Below, in pieces: positions 63,152-64,000 of a stretch of 64,000 nucleotides of DNA. The notes beneath the pieces are model-generated. The model had not been told where the DNA came from and ran no database searches. It worked only from the letters and a program-made list of their open reading frames with translations. The first letter of the stretch is position 1; every line of letters begins with the position of its first letter. Origin of the DNA: Convolutriloba macropyga (Eukaryota); NCBI RefSeq assembly GCF_964194025.1, contig NC_134470.1:19406001-19470000 (forward strand). The letters run 5' to 3'. The position numbers were made by a program, and so were the translations under genes.

Positions 63152-64000
63152 ATGTTTAAACACAATACCCGCCATCGAATGAAGTTAATCTCCGATTGTT
63201 GCTCTACATGTGCCGAGAAAATTCTGAAAAATGAAAGCTCTTTTGACTGCTTCTTTTGTGGACGTCGAATGCACCTAACAGAGAACTGCACAGGCCTAAG
63301 TGAAACGGCAATGAAAGGAGTCTTTGCCCTCGGTAAAAACGCCCTACTGCTTTGTAACGCTTGCGTTGAAGATAAACGCCAAGAAAAGATTGGATATGCA
63401 CTTCAAGAGCACGCGACGGTAAAAGAGCACCAGGAAAACCAAATGAAAAACCTTGAGAGCGAAATGACTGACCTCAGGAAAGCTGTCTCTGAGATCAAGT
63501 CGTTCCTCACAAGCAAGCCCCAGATAGAAGCAGTCCCCACTGTTGTACCAACTCCAAAACCTGAACCACCAGCGAAACCTGTTGAAGAGATTGACGGCAT
63601 ACGAATACGTGGAATCCCTGAATCAAACGAAAAAGAAGCTAGACTACGTCAGGAACATGATCTTGCCCAGGTTCAGAAGTTACTGGCGCACGTCGAGGTC
63701 AATGTGGATATTGGAGATATGATACGGCTGGGGCGGCACGAGGAGGGCAAAACTAGAACAATACTTTTGAAGATTCCGAATGCCTATCAACGACGAATGA
63801 TTTTACTTTCTGCGAGAAAACTGAAAACCTTTGGCGAACCTGTGTTTTTGAGTCCACAACTAACAAAAGAAGAAGCTGATTGTGAAAACCAAGCTTTAAT
63901 GCGAAGACGTGAACTAATCAATGATGGCACCGAACCAAAGAATCTTCGAGTTCGTGACGGAAATTTGTTCATCCGGCGAGGCACAAAATGGGTCAGGGAG
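63152..64000 (+). CDS. CR1/L2-group LINE ORF1 (PHD finger, coiled coil, RRM/CTD), open to window end
   Basis: 283 uninterrupted codons: CSTC...CFFC...HLTENC...LCNAC (PHD); KNLESEMTDLRKAV; IRIRGIPES; IRLGR...RTILLK; VFLSPQLTKEE. Absent from the ORF track because there is no stop in the window. Confidence 0.9.
   Translation, partial: MFKHNTRHRMKLISDCCSTCAEKILKNESSFDCFFCGRRMHLTENCTGLSETAMKGVFALGKNALLLCNACVEDKRQEKIGYALQEHATVKEHQENQMKNLESEMTDLRKAVSEIKSFLTSKPQIEAVPTVVPTPKPEPPAKPVEEIDGIRIRGIPESNEKEARLRQEHDLAQVQKLLAHVEVNVDIGDMIRLGRHEEGKTRTILLKIPNAYQRRMILLSARKLKTFGEPVFLSPQLTKEEADCENQALMRRRELINDGTEPKNLRVRDGNLFIRRGTKWVRE

Noticed and set aside
1-64000. Hammerhead ribozymes/retrozymes in the tandem repeats
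   Set aside because: CTGANGA hits inspected by eye lacked a properly placed stem II + GAAA; a covariance-model scan would be needed to exclude them fully.

Overview
AT-rich, repeat-dense eukaryotic (metazoan-type) genomic DNA with spliceosomal introns and one 183-nt N gap; species not determinable. Host genes: (1) a MICU2/3-like mitochondrial Ca2+-uptake EF-hand exon (1258-1879, -); (2) a complete 4-coding-exon SKP1 gene (43329->29846, -, 164 aa); (3) an intact 617-aa FLYWCH + MULE-transposase-derived gene with altered catalytic motifs (54107-55960, -), probably domesticated; (4) two paralogous unannotated two-exon genes for 103/102-aa proteins (7957-9149 and 19492-20213, +; ~71% identical by manual count, many synonymous changes) whose reading frames join only through a non-canonical GA-AG intron at the same position in both copies. 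This pair is the top candidate for a novel system. The rest is mostly mobile DNA: two Helentron/DINE-1-like (HINE) families (one carries an internal tRNA-like Pol III cassette and forms head-to-tail arrays; two copies of the other form a large inverted repeat around SKP1 exons 1-2), a ~1012-bp tandem array, MITE clusters, fold-back palindromes, several CR1/L2-group LINEs (one nested in an 8-bp-TSD MITE, one with an extra upstream ORF) and a decayed CRE-like REL retrotransposon. All alignments were done by eye; no database searches were run.
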